From NCBI GenBank assembly GCA_016937995.1, contig JAFGVM010000016.1:165224-219331 (forward strand): 54,108 nt of DNA, written 5' to 3'. This document shows, piece by piece, positions 9,943-18,936 of this stretch. This DNA comes from Candidatus Delongbacteria bacterium (GTDB lineage: Bacteria > UBA4055). The notes under the pieces were generated by a model. That model saw nothing but the letters and a program-made list of their open reading frames with translations. It was not told where the DNA came from and did not search any database. Each line of letters begins with the position of its first letter. Within the stretch, counting starts at the first letter, position 1. A program made the translations under genes and the position numbers.

Positions 9943-10854
9943 TTATTTTAATTTTTTCAGAACTAGATTTATCTTTTCTTCCATAGACAAATCTCCATCG
10001 ATCCAATTAATACCGATACCGTTTTTCTCCATTCTTCTAAACCATGTCATCTGACGTTTTGAAAATCTGTGAATTGAAGAATTAAGTTTCTGGAACATAT
10101 CATTATAATTATATTGACCGTCAAGATATTCGGCTAAATATTTATATTCAAGCCCGTAATATATCAGCTTCTCTTTAGATACTCCCATATCCAATAATTT
10201 TTTTGCTTCATCCACCATACCTTCTTCAAATCTGGCTCGCAATCTGTCCGTTATCCTTTTCTTTAGCCGGTCTCTGTCAAAACGAATGGCAAATATTACA
10301 TACTCTAATTCAGGAATTTGTTCATCGACATCATTTTCTGTCTGATAAACCGCAATTTCGATCGCTCTGATTAATCTTTTTCTGTACATAACATCAGTAA
10401 TATTATGAGGTGTCGTGAATTGATTTAAAATATCGGCCAGCTCTTCATCTGTTTTATCAGATAATTCATTTCTAAGAATATCATTTACAGGAACATTTAT
10501 TAGTTTATAGTTCTTCAGAACAGATTCAACATAAAGACCTGATCCTCCGCATAATACCGGTTGCTTCCCTCTGGAAGTGATATCCTCATATACTTTTATA
10601 AAATCATTCTGATATCTAAAAATATTGTATTCCTCACCGGGTTCACAGATATTAATTAAGTGAAATGGTATATTTATGTCATTTATAACAAAATCATCAA
10701 GGTCTTTTCCTGTGCCGATATTCATATGTTTATATACCTGTCTTGAATCGGCACTTATAACCTCTCCGTTAAGTAGACCGGCAATATTAGCTGCAAGTTT
10801 AGTTTTTCCGGTTGCGGTTTGTCCGGTTATTACTATTAATTTAGCTTTTGAAAT
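9943..10854 (-). CDS. miaA: tRNA dimethylallyltransferase; N-terminus extends 43 codons beyond the ORF call, probable ATT start
   Basis: The in-frame upstream extension gives LIVITGQTATGKT (P-loop) and ISADSRQVY; also CGGSGLY, GLEYK and KRQMTWFR. GGAG lies 6 nt before ATT 10854, and an in-frame TAA lies just upstream. Confidence 0.92.
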   Translation of the reverse strand: MSKAKLIVITGQTATGKTKLAANIAGLLNGEVISADSRQVYKHMNIGTGKDLDDFVINDINIPFHLINICEPGEEYNIFRYQNDFIKVYEDITSRGKQPVLCGGSGLYVESVLKNYKLINVPVNDILRNELSDKTDEELADILNQFTTPHNITDVMYRKRLIRAIEIAVYQTENDVDEQIPELEYVIFAIRFDRDRLKKRITDRLRARFEEGMVDEAKKLLDMGVSKEKLIYYGLEYKYLAEYLDGQYNYNDMFQKLNSSIHRFSKRQMTWFRRMEKNGIGINWIDGDLSMEEKINLVLKKLK

Positions 10855-10893
10855 AAAAAACTCCGGTTAAGTTATTTCTTATTTCGTAATAAT

Positions 10894-10922
10894 AAAAAAA
10901 ACCTTCCATTTAAGGAAGGTTT
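10894..10922 (-). terminator. Intrinsic terminator of the 10964-11314 gene
   Basis: AAACCTTCC/GGAAGGTTT stem with a U-tract on the minus strand. Confidence 0.7.
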
Positions 10923-10963
10923 AAATTTGAAATAAAAAGATGCTTCGTATTTTTTTTAAAACA

Positions 10964-11314
10964 TTATTGAGTCGTTTTTTCCAGAAATTTCTTTATTCTG
11001 AAGGTGGTCTCAGGAATGTTATCTGTTTTTACTAAGATCCAGACTGTAGTATATCCTTTACCGGCAAGGTCTTTTAAGCTTTTTAGGTCTGTTATGCAAA
11101 TCCCGTCTTCGCATTTTACAAGTTTTACTTCTTCACCTAATAGTTCCCCTCCATTCAGGCTGTCGTAAAATTTAAAGGTCACTTTGTAAGTACCGTCATC
11201 GAGAGGCAATCCATACTTGTCGGATAAAGTACTCTTAAAATTACCTGATTTTAATTTTTCGACTCCTAACAATGCTACGGTCAACATCATCAATACCAAT
11301 AACACTTTCTTCAT
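10964..11314 (-). CDS. Small secreted hypothetical protein
   Basis: AGGAGG RBS, signal peptide MKKVLLVLMMLTVALLG, own promoter and terminator. Confidence 0.8.
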   Translation of the reverse strand: MKKVLLVLMMLTVALLGVEKLKSGNFKSTLSDKYGLPLDDGTYKVTFKFYDSLNGGELLGEEVKLVKCEDGICITDLKSLKDLAGKGYTTVWILVKTDNIPETTFRIKKFLEKTTQ

Positions 11315-11491
11315 ATTTTCCTCCTTTCGTCCCCTTTTAATTGGAGATCACGTACGAAAAAAATTAGAGGGTAAGGTTTTCTATTTCTCAGTTTTACACT
11401 TTAAGAAACGTTCAAGAAAATTCTATATTTCACCATCAACACTATTAAATAAAACCTAGTTCAATCCCCTCGGATTTTTTTTCATATTTTC

Positions 11492-11520
11492 AATATAACT
11501 AAAATTTCGTGATTTGTCAA
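11492..11520 (-). promoter_or_regulatory. Promoter for the 10964-11314 gene
   Basis: Minus strand TTGACA-N17-TATATT. Confidence 0.65.
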
Positions 11521-11675
11521 ATGAGAAAAATCATATGCGACTATTTAGATATTAGTATAAGGTCAATATGTCCTGTAATTATTTTCTGGGAGTTTTATAA
11601 TTCTAATTAAAATCATTTATTAAATTAACTGTTTTTTGTATCTTTATATTCCGGTTAAAAAACGTGGCAGGATTT

Positions 11676-14546
11676 ATGAGAACATCAGACAAATTAATAA
11701 TAAAAGGTGCGAACGAGCACAATTTAAAAAATATAGACCTCGAACTTGAAAAGAACAAGCTTATAGTCTTCACAGGCATCAGCGGGTCTGGAAAATCTTC
11801 CATGGCTTTTGACACTATTTATACAGAGGGTCAGAGAAGATATGTTGAATCCTTATCAAATTATACCAAGCAGTTTCTGGGTATTATGAAAAAACCTGTA
11901 GTAGACTCTATTGAAGGGTTATCACCTGCGATATCCATTGAACAGAAGACATCATCGTCTAACCCAAGGTCAACAGTGGGGACAGTTACAGAGATCTTCG
12001 ACTTTGTCAGGATGCTTTTTGCAAGAGCCGGTCATCAATACTGCTACAGTTGCGAAAATGAGGTCCATTCCAGGGCTTTAGATGAAATAATCGGTGATAT
12101 CCTTAAGAGTCTTGAAGAAAATACAAAGTTCATAATAATTTCACCTTACATAGAAAGACAGAAAGGGAATTTGAAAAATTCTCTCGATTTCTTACGGGCT
12201 GAAGGATTTTTCAGAGTAATTATAGATGAAAAAGAATATACTCTTGATGATGAGATCAATGTTGATGAGAAAAAATTTCATAAACTGTATGTTATAGTTG
12301 ATAGATTAAAAAAGAGAGACGATATAAAAAGCAGGCTGGCGGAATCTGTTGAAATAGCTTTGAAGCTTTCAGGTGGTAATCTTATTATTGATGATCTTGA
12401 TAAGAAAGAACAGAAGTTATACAGTGAAAAAAATTACTGTCAGAAATGTCATATCAGTTATCCTGACCTGTCCCCGAATTCATTTTCTTTTAACACTCCG
12501 GCCGGTATGTGCAGTGATTGTCACGGGCTGGGTTTCATAAAAACTGTGGACATCAATAAACTCGTTAAATATCCAAAAAAAAGTATCTCTCAGGGTGCTA
12601 TTCCTTATGTGATGGGTCAAAATATCGAATTCAAGAAGATCAGGAGTATATTTAAAGCTTATGATGTTGATTTTAATACTCCTGTAAATAAAATTCCTGA
12701 GAAATTGTTCAAAGCGATAATGTACGGTACTTCAAAAACACTTTCGATGGATTATGTTTCTAAAAGTTTTCAGGGTGTGATCACAACATCTTATGAAGGA
12801 CTTTCAAATTTAATTGAGAGACGTTACAGAGAAACCAGTTCCAATATGGCAAGACATTACTACGAATCTTTCATGATGGACAGCTGTTGCGTCTCTTGCG
12901 AAGGAAAAAGGCTAAAAAAAGAATCACTGGCCGTTAAAGTACACGGTCACAGTATAGACCAGATCACATCAATGGAAATTAATAAATTAACTGAATTTGT
13001 AAAAGATCTTCCTGGTCATCTTACGGAAAAGGAAAATGAGATCATAAAGGAATTGCAGAAGGAGATGTGTGAAAGGTTGAACTTTTTGATGAATGTGGGT
13101 TTGCAATATCTGACTCTGGACAGAAATGCAAGAACGTTATCAGGAGGTGAAGCTCAGAGAATTAGGCTTGCAAGTCAGATCGCAAGTGGTCTAACAGGAG
13201 TGATCTATGTTCTTGACGAACCGAGTATAGGTCTTCATCAGAAAGACAATAAAAAATTGCTTGATAACTTGATCGAACTCAAGAACAAAGGTAATACTGT
13301 TATCGTGGTTGAGCATGACAGAGAAACTATTGAGGCTGCTGAAACGATAGTGGACTTTGGTAAGGAAGCAGGAGTCTACGGAGGAGATATTGTATATAGG
13401 GGAGATTATAAGAATCTTGAAAAAAACAGATCTCATACTTCCGATTATGTTTTCAGAAGGGAAAATGTAAATATTGAAAATAAAAGCAATGAAAATTCAG
13501 GTGAAATAGTTCTGTCAAAAGTTTCCACTAATAACCTGAAAGATATCAATGTAAGTTTTCCTTTGAACAAAATGACAGTTGTTACCGGTGTTTCCGGTGC
13601 GGGTAAAAGTAGCCTCGTGATGGATACACTCTATCCTGCATTAAAGTCTATGGCAAAGAACAAAGAAGATCTCAAAGATCCTGCCTCAAAGATAGAAGCG
13701 AACTACAATGATATATATATCAAAGATACTTTCGGAAAAAAATTCAATGATTTTGAAGTCAGATTGATAAAGATCGATCAAAATCCTATAGGCAGAACCC
13801 CAAGGTCAAATCCGGTTACATATATTGGTGCTTTTGATACTATCAGAGAGATCATGGCTAAATCAAAGCTTGCAAGGATGAGAGGTTATACAAAATCACG
13901 TTTCAGTTTCAATGTGAAAGGTGGTCGCTGTGAAAAATGCCAGGGTAGCGGTGTGATCAAAATTGAGATGCATTTCCTTGCGGATGTTTATGTAGAGTGT
14001 GATGTTTGTAACGGTAAGCGCTATAATTCCGAGACATTGGAAGTAACTTTTAAAGATAAAAATATTAACGAAATTTTGAACCTAGATGTTCAGGAAGCTT
14101 ATGAATTGTTTAAGAATATACCTGCTTTAAAAAATAAACTTGGAACTTTAATGTCTGTGGGGATGGGATATGTTAAACTTGGTCAACCTTCGACTACATT
14201 GTCCGGTGGGGAAGCACAGAGGATAAAACTTGCTAAAGAACTTTCCAGAGCAAAGATACAGGGAACTGTATATATTTTAGATGAACCAACAACAGGTTTG
14301 CACTTTTTAGATATTCAGCATCTTCTTAATGTTCTAAAAGAACTCAGAGATTCTGGTAGTACAGTTATCATCATTGAGCATAATCTTGATGTGATCGTTA
14401 ATTGTGATCATGTAATAGATCTTGGTCCTGATGGCGGGCCTACCGGTGGAAAACTTGTATTTCAGGGAAGTGTTGAGGAGATCGCTAAATCTAAAAAAGG
14501 TTACACTGCTAAAGAGGTCAGGAAGGAATTGAAAGCGAGAGGATAG
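11676..14546 (+). CDS. uvrA: Excinuclease ABC subunit A
   Basis: Two ABC modules (GISGSGKSS, LSGGEAQRIRLA, LDEPSIGLH; GVSGAGKSS, LSGGEAQRIKLA) and CxxC zinc fingers. ATG 11676 preferred over GTG 11664. Confidence 0.98.
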   Translation: MRTSDKLIIKGANEHNLKNIDLELEKNKLIVFTGISGSGKSSMAFDTIYTEGQRRYVESLSNYTKQFLGIMKKPVVDSIEGLSPAISIEQKTSSSNPRSTVGTVTEIFDFVRMLFARAGHQYCYSCENEVHSRALDEIIGDILKSLEENTKFIIISPYIERQKGNLKNSLDFLRAEGFFRVIIDEKEYTLDDEINVDEKKFHKLYVIVDRLKKRDDIKSRLAESVEIALKLSGGNLIIDDLDKKEQKLYSEKNYCQKCHISYPDLSPNSFSFNTPAGMCSDCHGLGFIKTVDINKLVKYPKKSISQGAIPYVMGQNIEFKKIRSIFKAYDVDFNTPVNKIPEKLFKAIMYGTSKTLSMDYVSKSFQGVITTSYEGLSNLIERRYRETSSNMARHYYESFMMDSCCVSCEGKRLKKESLAVKVHGHSIDQITSMEINKLTEFVKDLPGHLTEKENEIIKELQKEMCERLNFLMNVGLQYLTLDRNARTLSGGEAQRIRLASQIASGLTGVIYVLDEPSIGLHQKDNKKLLDNLIELKNKGNTVIVVEHDRETIEAAETIVDFGKEAGVYGGDIVYRGDYKNLEKNRSHTSDYVFRRENVNIENKSNENSGEIVLSKVSTNNLKDINVSFPLNKMTVVTGVSGAGKSSLVMDTLYPALKSMAKNKEDLKDPASKIEANYNDIYIKDTFGKKFNDFEVRLIKIDQNPIGRTPRSNPVTYIGAFDTIREIMAKSKLARMRGYTKSRFSFNVKGGRCEKCQGSGVIKIEMHFLADVYVECDVCNGKRYNSETLEVTFKDKNINEILNLDVQEAYELFKNIPALKNKLGTLMSVGMGYVKLGQPSTTLSGGEAQRIKLAKELSRAKIQGTVYILDEPTTGLHFLDIQHLLNVLKELRDSGSTVIIIEHNLDVIVNCDHVIDLGPDGGPTGGKLVFQGSVEEIAKSKKGYTAKEVRKELKARG

Positions 14547-14549
14547 GAA

Positions 14550-14610
14550 GTTACACTGAGCGGAGTCGAAGTGTTAGATTATTTTAGTCGTAGCCGGAAG
14601 TACGTTACGA
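14550..14610. repeat. REP-like palindromic elements at the left border of the island
   Basis: ACACTGAGCGGAGTCGAAGTGT (a repeat motif I recognise from intergenic palindromes) and TCGTAGC...GTTACGA. Confidence 0.55.
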
Positions 14611-14655
14611 AGGAATGCGTTCATCATTAAGTTGGAAGTTTAATAGGAGAAATTT

Positions 14656-15609
14656 ATGTCACAATTTCACAGATTGGTCTATATCGATAAAATGATCAAA
14701 GAGTTCGGTCAAGTTACAAAAAAACAAGTCATCGATGAATTCCAGGTAAAAATTGGTACAGTAAAAAATGATTTCAGATACATGAAATTTGAAGTAAACT
14801 CTCCGATTGTATATTCTAGAAAGAAAAAGGCTTATCATTATAAAGATGACGGATTTGAACTATTCTCATTTAGACAAGAGAAGATCTTTCTCTTCTTTGT
14901 TTTGTTGAAGCAATTACTTCACCACGAAACATTAATGCCACTTGATCCTACAAATATACTCGAACTGATAAAAAGGGATGTCGATCCTGAATATTTAAAA
15001 CTCGAGACAAAAATAAGTTATGAGCTTTCAGAATTTGAATATCCTGATATGGAAAAGTTTGCAAGAATAGTCGGTTCGATGCTCAGGAAGTTCACTCTCA
15101 ACATAAAATATCTCGGTGCTAAAGGTAAAAAGTCATCTAGGGCAATTGAACCTTTCCATATTTTCTATTATCAGGGAAAGTGGTATGTATTAGCTCATTG
15201 CAGAAAGAAAGATGAATTAAGAATGTTCTTATTGTCAAGAATAGTAAAGATCGATGATAAGAACTCAGAAAAATTCAGTTGTAAAAGATATAAAGCTAAA
15301 GAGCTAAGAGATTTCTTGAATGACAGTTTTGGTATAGCACGGGGAAAAGAAGCAGATACCGCAGTAATAAGATTTTATGAACCTGTAATGTACCATATTA
15401 GAGATCAAAGGTGGCACAAGGATCAAAAAGTTAAAGTTGTAGACAATGATAAAGAAAAATATATTCAATTCACTCTTCCGGTTGCAAAATATGAAGAATT
15501 AGTCGGCAGAGTTCTCCGCTTCTCCCCCGATGCTGAGATCATTGCACCTCAAGCGATGAGAGAAATGTGGCTTTCAAAACTAAAACTATCTCTAAACAAG
15601 TATAATTAA
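14656..15609 (+). CDS. wHTH-WYL-WCX transcriptional regulator (PafBC/DriD/BrxR-like)
   Basis: N-terminal HTH (EFQVKIGTVKNDFRYM); WYL core SRAIEPFHIFYYQGKWYVLAHC...LRMFLLSRI; WCX tail VLRFSPDAEIIAPQAMRE; AGGAG RBS. Confidence 0.92.
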   Translation: MSQFHRLVYIDKMIKEFGQVTKKQVIDEFQVKIGTVKNDFRYMKFEVNSPIVYSRKKKAYHYKDDGFELFSFRQEKIFLFFVLLKQLLHHETLMPLDPTNILELIKRDVDPEYLKLETKISYELSEFEYPDMEKFARIVGSMLRKFTLNIKYLGAKGKKSSRAIEPFHIFYYQGKWYVLAHCRKKDELRMFLLSRIVKIDDKNSEKFSCKRYKAKELRDFLNDSFGIARGKEADTAVIRFYEPVMYHIRDQRWHKDQKVKVVDNDKEKYIQFTLPVAKYEELVGRVLRFSPDAEIIAPQAMREMWLSKLKLSLNKYN

Positions 15610-15614
15610 TTCAT

Positions 15615-15765
15615 TATTTTATACATATCCTAAGTTTATGTATAAAATATAGATATAATCCGGGTTATCTCTGCAGTTTTTACCATTGACATCGTATGTT
15701 TTTTTGCTTAAGTTGAATATGTATAAATAATTCGACAATTTATACATATCATTAAAACATGTATA
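15615..15765. promoter_or_regulatory. Repeated palindromic operators around the fic promoter
   Basis: TATACAT-N11-ATGTATA at 15620-15644 and 15741-15765, an extra half-site at 15719-15725, and TTGACA at 15686. Confidence 0.65.
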
Positions 15766-15793
15766 GAAATGTACAAAATATATAGGTGTCAAA

Positions 15794-16870
15794 ATGAATT
15801 TCGAATTAAAACCATTACCCGTATTGGGTGTTGATCTGGAAACAAAGAATATTTTAAAAAAATGCGCAACAGCAAATCGTTACCTGGCTGAGCTGAAAGG
15901 AATATCCGGTACTATTCCAAACCAGCAGATATTGATAAATACATTATCAATACAGGAAGCAAAAGACAGCTCTGAGATCGAAAATATCATTACAACTCAT
16001 GACGAACTTTTTAAAACAGAACTGTTCCCTGCTGCAAAATTTATCAATCCGGCGGCAAAAGAAGTATCTGATTATGTTTCTGCATTAAGAAAAGGTTACG
16101 AACTTGTAAAACAGAACGATCTTCTGACTACAAATAATATAATCGATATACAGTCGGCACTGGAAAGGAATAATTCAGGAATAAGAAAATTACCCGGAAC
16201 TGTTCTGAAAAATGAAAAAACCGGTGAAATAATATATACTCCCCCTCAGAATTATTATGATGTTATCAAATTGCTGGATAATCTTGTAAGATTTATCAAT
16301 GATGATGAATTATTGCATGTTGATGATCTTATAAAAATGGCTCTAATCCATTATCAGTTTGAAAGTATTCATCCTTTTTATGACGGTAACGGTAGAACCG
16401 GGAGAATAATAAATGTTCTTTATCTTGTGCTGAAAAATATGCTGGATATTCCGGTCTTGTATTTAAGTAGGTATATTGTGCAAAATAAAAAAGAATATTA
16501 CAGTTTGTTACAGGAAGTCAGGGATAAAGATAATTGGGAATCCTGGATACTTTTTATGCTTGATGCAATTGAAAATACATCAAAACAAACTATCACGAAA
16601 ATACAGGAAATAAATGAAGCATTAATGTCATATAAACATCAGATAAGAGCTAAATATAAATTTTACAGTCAGGATTTGATAAACAATCTATTTTTTCATC
16701 CATATACAAAGATTGAATTCATACAGAAATCACTTAAAATAACAAGACTAACTGCAACAAAATACCTAGATGAGCTGACAAAAGGTGGTTTTTTAAATAA
16801 AGAAAAAATCGGAAGATCCAATTACTACATTAACATAGCACTTTTTAGAATTTTGAGCAATAATATTTAA
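15794..16870 (+). CDS. Fic family AMPylase, class II, with C-terminal HTH
   Basis: Canonical HPFYDGNGRTGR motif; N-terminal inhibitory motif SSEIEN; C-terminal HTH ITRLTATKYLDEL. Confidence 0.93.
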   Translation: MNFELKPLPVLGVDLETKNILKKCATANRYLAELKGISGTIPNQQILINTLSIQEAKDSSEIENIITTHDELFKTELFPAAKFINPAAKEVSDYVSALRKGYELVKQNDLLTTNNIIDIQSALERNNSGIRKLPGTVLKNEKTGEIIYTPPQNYYDVIKLLDNLVRFINDDELLHVDDLIKMALIHYQFESIHPFYDGNGRTGRIINVLYLVLKNMLDIPVLYLSRYIVQNKKEYYSLLQEVRDKDNWESWILFMLDAIENTSKQTITKIQEINEALMSYKHQIRAKYKFYSQDLINNLFFHPYTKIEFIQKSLKITRLTATKYLDELTKGGFLNKEKIGRSNYYINIALFRILSNNI

Positions 16871-17077
16871 TTTCCCCTCCCTAAAATTAAAAATAATTAA
16901 GCAAAGAAATTCAATGAAGGTTGATTTTATTAAGAAGGAGCTAAGAGCAACTAAGTGACTTTGAGAATAAAATTAGCCTGACGAAGAAGTTCGAAGTTTA
17001 ATTTTTTTTTACTGGTCAAATTTAATACCCCCTAACAGTATTACATTACAGATGTGAATGCTTAAATAGGAGGTATC

Positions 17078-17383
17078 GTGAAAATCCCAAATAAAATAAA
17101 CTGCAAGAAATGCAATACAACATTAGCAACTTCCGGGTATGTAGGTAGAGACATTACAGGTAGATATGTTAGATGTATTACCTGCGATAAAGAATTGAAA
17201 AGAGGATACTTTTCCTTTGGTCTCTTAGGAGGTTACGCAAAAGTTTACACTATTCATATGGCCGATTTCCAGGTAAAGATCGTATGCGAGAAGTGTTTTA
17301 AGAGAATAAACAAATCAGGCATTAAATGCTACAATTGCGAAGTAGGGGTCGATTCCCATTCGACCCCAATTAGCAGAACATGA
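17078..17383 (+). CDS. Small basic protein with four CxxC pairs (putative double zinc ribbon)
   Basis: AGGAGG RBS before GTG; CKKC, CITC, CEKC, CYNC. Confidence 0.75.
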   Translation: MKIPNKINCKKCNTTLATSGYVGRDITGRYVRCITCDKELKRGYFSFGLLGGYAKVYTIHMADFQVKIVCEKCFKRINKSGIKCYNCEVGVDSHSTPISRT

Positions 17384-17443
17384 TCTTGAACAAGGGGTTT
17401 CAACCCCTTGTATGCAGTTAAATAAACAAAAGGAGATAGAACA

Positions 17444-17779
17444 ATGTGCAAAGAAAATTTGAGCAAAATACTCAGTACACTGAAACCACTAAAAGAAGAA
17501 CTTGAGCATGCTGTCAATAAAGTAACACTTCTTTTTTCAGAATTCGATTCAATTGATTTCGATGCTGAAGAAGAAAAAGAAGAGATCGAAGAAGCAATTG
17601 AGAATATAGAGAATGTTATGGATTCAATTACAAGAGATGAAGGAAAACAAACCATGCTGAAAGAGATCGATGCTTATAAGAAGAAAATAGAAGGATTGGA
17701 TGCTTCGGAACAAATTGTAAAAGAGATCCAGGATTTATTTGAAGAGATCAAATCAAAAGCGGAAGAATTGGATTTTTAA
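17444..17779 (+). CDS. Acidic helical hypothetical protein
   Basis: AAGGAG RBS; E/D-rich heptad pattern. Confidence 0.8.
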   Translation: MCKENLSKILSTLKPLKEELEHAVNKVTLLFSEFDSIDFDAEEEKEEIEEAIENIENVMDSITRDEGKQTMLKEIDAYKKKIEGLDASEQIVKEIQDLFEEIKSKAEELDF

Positions 17780-17936
17780 AAACAGTGCCAGTGATTAGTT
17801 GAAGCCAACTAATCATAAATGTAGGTCACTAACAATCTGTCATTATCGGACTTGATCCGGTAATCCATAGAGAAACATAAAAAATGGATCTCCGTGTCAA
17901 GCACGAAGATGACAAACAATAATAAGGAGAAGAATA

Positions 17937-18161
17937 ATGGCAAATGAAAAAGAAAAACTGTATTACCAGGCAGTACAAAAATGGGCTGAAAAGTCGGGTG
18001 AACTGGCTAAATGTCAAAGCAAAAACATGAAATGGTTTCTTGCTCCGCCTGTCATACAATGGATTACACCAAGTTATGAAAGTGATATTGAGAGGTTAGA
18101 GAAAGAAGTTGGAAAGCTTGAAAAGGAAATGGATGAATTGGAAGTAGAAGCAGAAATTTAA
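17937..18161 (+). CDS. Small hypothetical protein with acidic coiled-coil tail
   Basis: AAGGAG RBS; tail IERLEKEVGKLEKEMDELEVE. Confidence 0.75.
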   Translation: MANEKEKLYYQAVQKWAEKSGELAKCQSKNMKWFLAPPVIQWITPSYESDIERLEKEVGKLEKEMDELEVEAEI

Positions 18162-18273
18162 GGCATTGGCTCGTAGGGAACGCAGGAATGCGTTCCTCTA
18201 CCAATAACACACGAAAATCGAAGGGGACGATTTCTTATCGTCCCCAAAAACAAAATAATAAAGGAGTAAAACC

Positions 18274-18483
18274 ATGTTAAAAACAATAGCATCAGTTCTC
18301 GCTGGTATAGGAATAGGAGTTGCCCTGGCAGCATGGGCAGAAACGATGGATGATGATGTTTCAATCGATTCGCTGGATCTTGACATTGATGATCAGGATA
18401 CTGATTTGAAGGATGATACAACTGTAACAGAAAAAGAGGACAATGAAGCACTCGATGACCTCGCAACGGAGAATGCTTCGTAA
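18274..18483 (+). CDS. Small protein with N-terminal hydrophobic anchor and Asp-rich tail
   Basis: AAGGAG RBS; IASVLAGIGIGVALAAW followed by about 20 D/E in 47 residues. Confidence 0.75.
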   Translation: MLKTIASVLAGIGIGVALAAWAETMDDDVSIDSLDLDIDDQDTDLKDDTTVTEKEDNEALDDLATENAS

Positions 18484-18586
18484 TCGTAAGGGCTCAACAT
18501 CTTGAGCCCTTTTTCAACTCGTAAAGATAATGATATTGAATAGTTCTTTGAGGAAATAAAGAAAACCGATTAAGAGAGGAGGAAAA

Positions 18587-18922
18587 ATGCTAAAATTAAG
18601 AGTATTAACAACTTGTGCTGCTATATTATCGTTACTGATACTAGCCAGTATTAGTATAGCTCTTATTATCCATGCAACAACAGGATATACAGACATAGAT
18701 ATGCTTGAAAAAGAAGCACCCGTATTTTTAACTGAGAGAGGATATAAGATCATTTCTTATGATGGATATCAAGGAAAAATATTTCATGGTGGTTTTGTAT
18801 GGTATCAGGTAAGAGATAAAGATAATTATCTCTATGTATTAGCCGTTGGTGAATGGAATGACCGATTTATGATATATAACCAAAGATGTCTGAACGCATT
18901 ACCATTAAAATCAAACTTATAA
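18587..18922 (+). CDS. Single-pass membrane hypothetical protein
   Basis: GGAGGA RBS; N-terminal TM helix followed by an aromatic beta-rich domain. Confidence 0.75.
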   Translation: MLKLRVLTTCAAILSLLILASISIALIIHATTGYTDIDMLEKEAPVFLTERGYKIISYDGYQGKIFHGGFVWYQVRDKDNYLYVLAVGEWNDRFMIYNQRCLNALPLKSNL

Positions 18923-18936
18923 AAAAAAGGAGTATT

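Larger units (their letters stand above)
17342..18511. repeat. Cluster of seven REP-like/MITE-like hairpins interleaved with small ORFs
   Basis: Hairpins at 17342-17367, 17390-17411, 17792-17815, 17838-17914, 18173-18201, 18223-18245 and 18486-18511; several begin GTAG/GTAA/GAAG. Confidence 0.75.

Noticed and set aside
11520-11675. LexA box before uvrA
   Set aside because: No recognisable SOS palindrome of the families I know; the region is simply AT-rich.
17342-18511. CRISPR array or integron attC sites
   Set aside because: The hairpins differ in sequence and are irregularly spaced. There are no convincing RYYYAAC/GTTRRRY pairs and no cas or intI gene in the window.
17329-18753. Minus-strand ORFs across the small-gene array
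   Set aside because: The plus-strand ORFs all have strong RBSs; the minus-strand ones cross hairpins and look like shadows.
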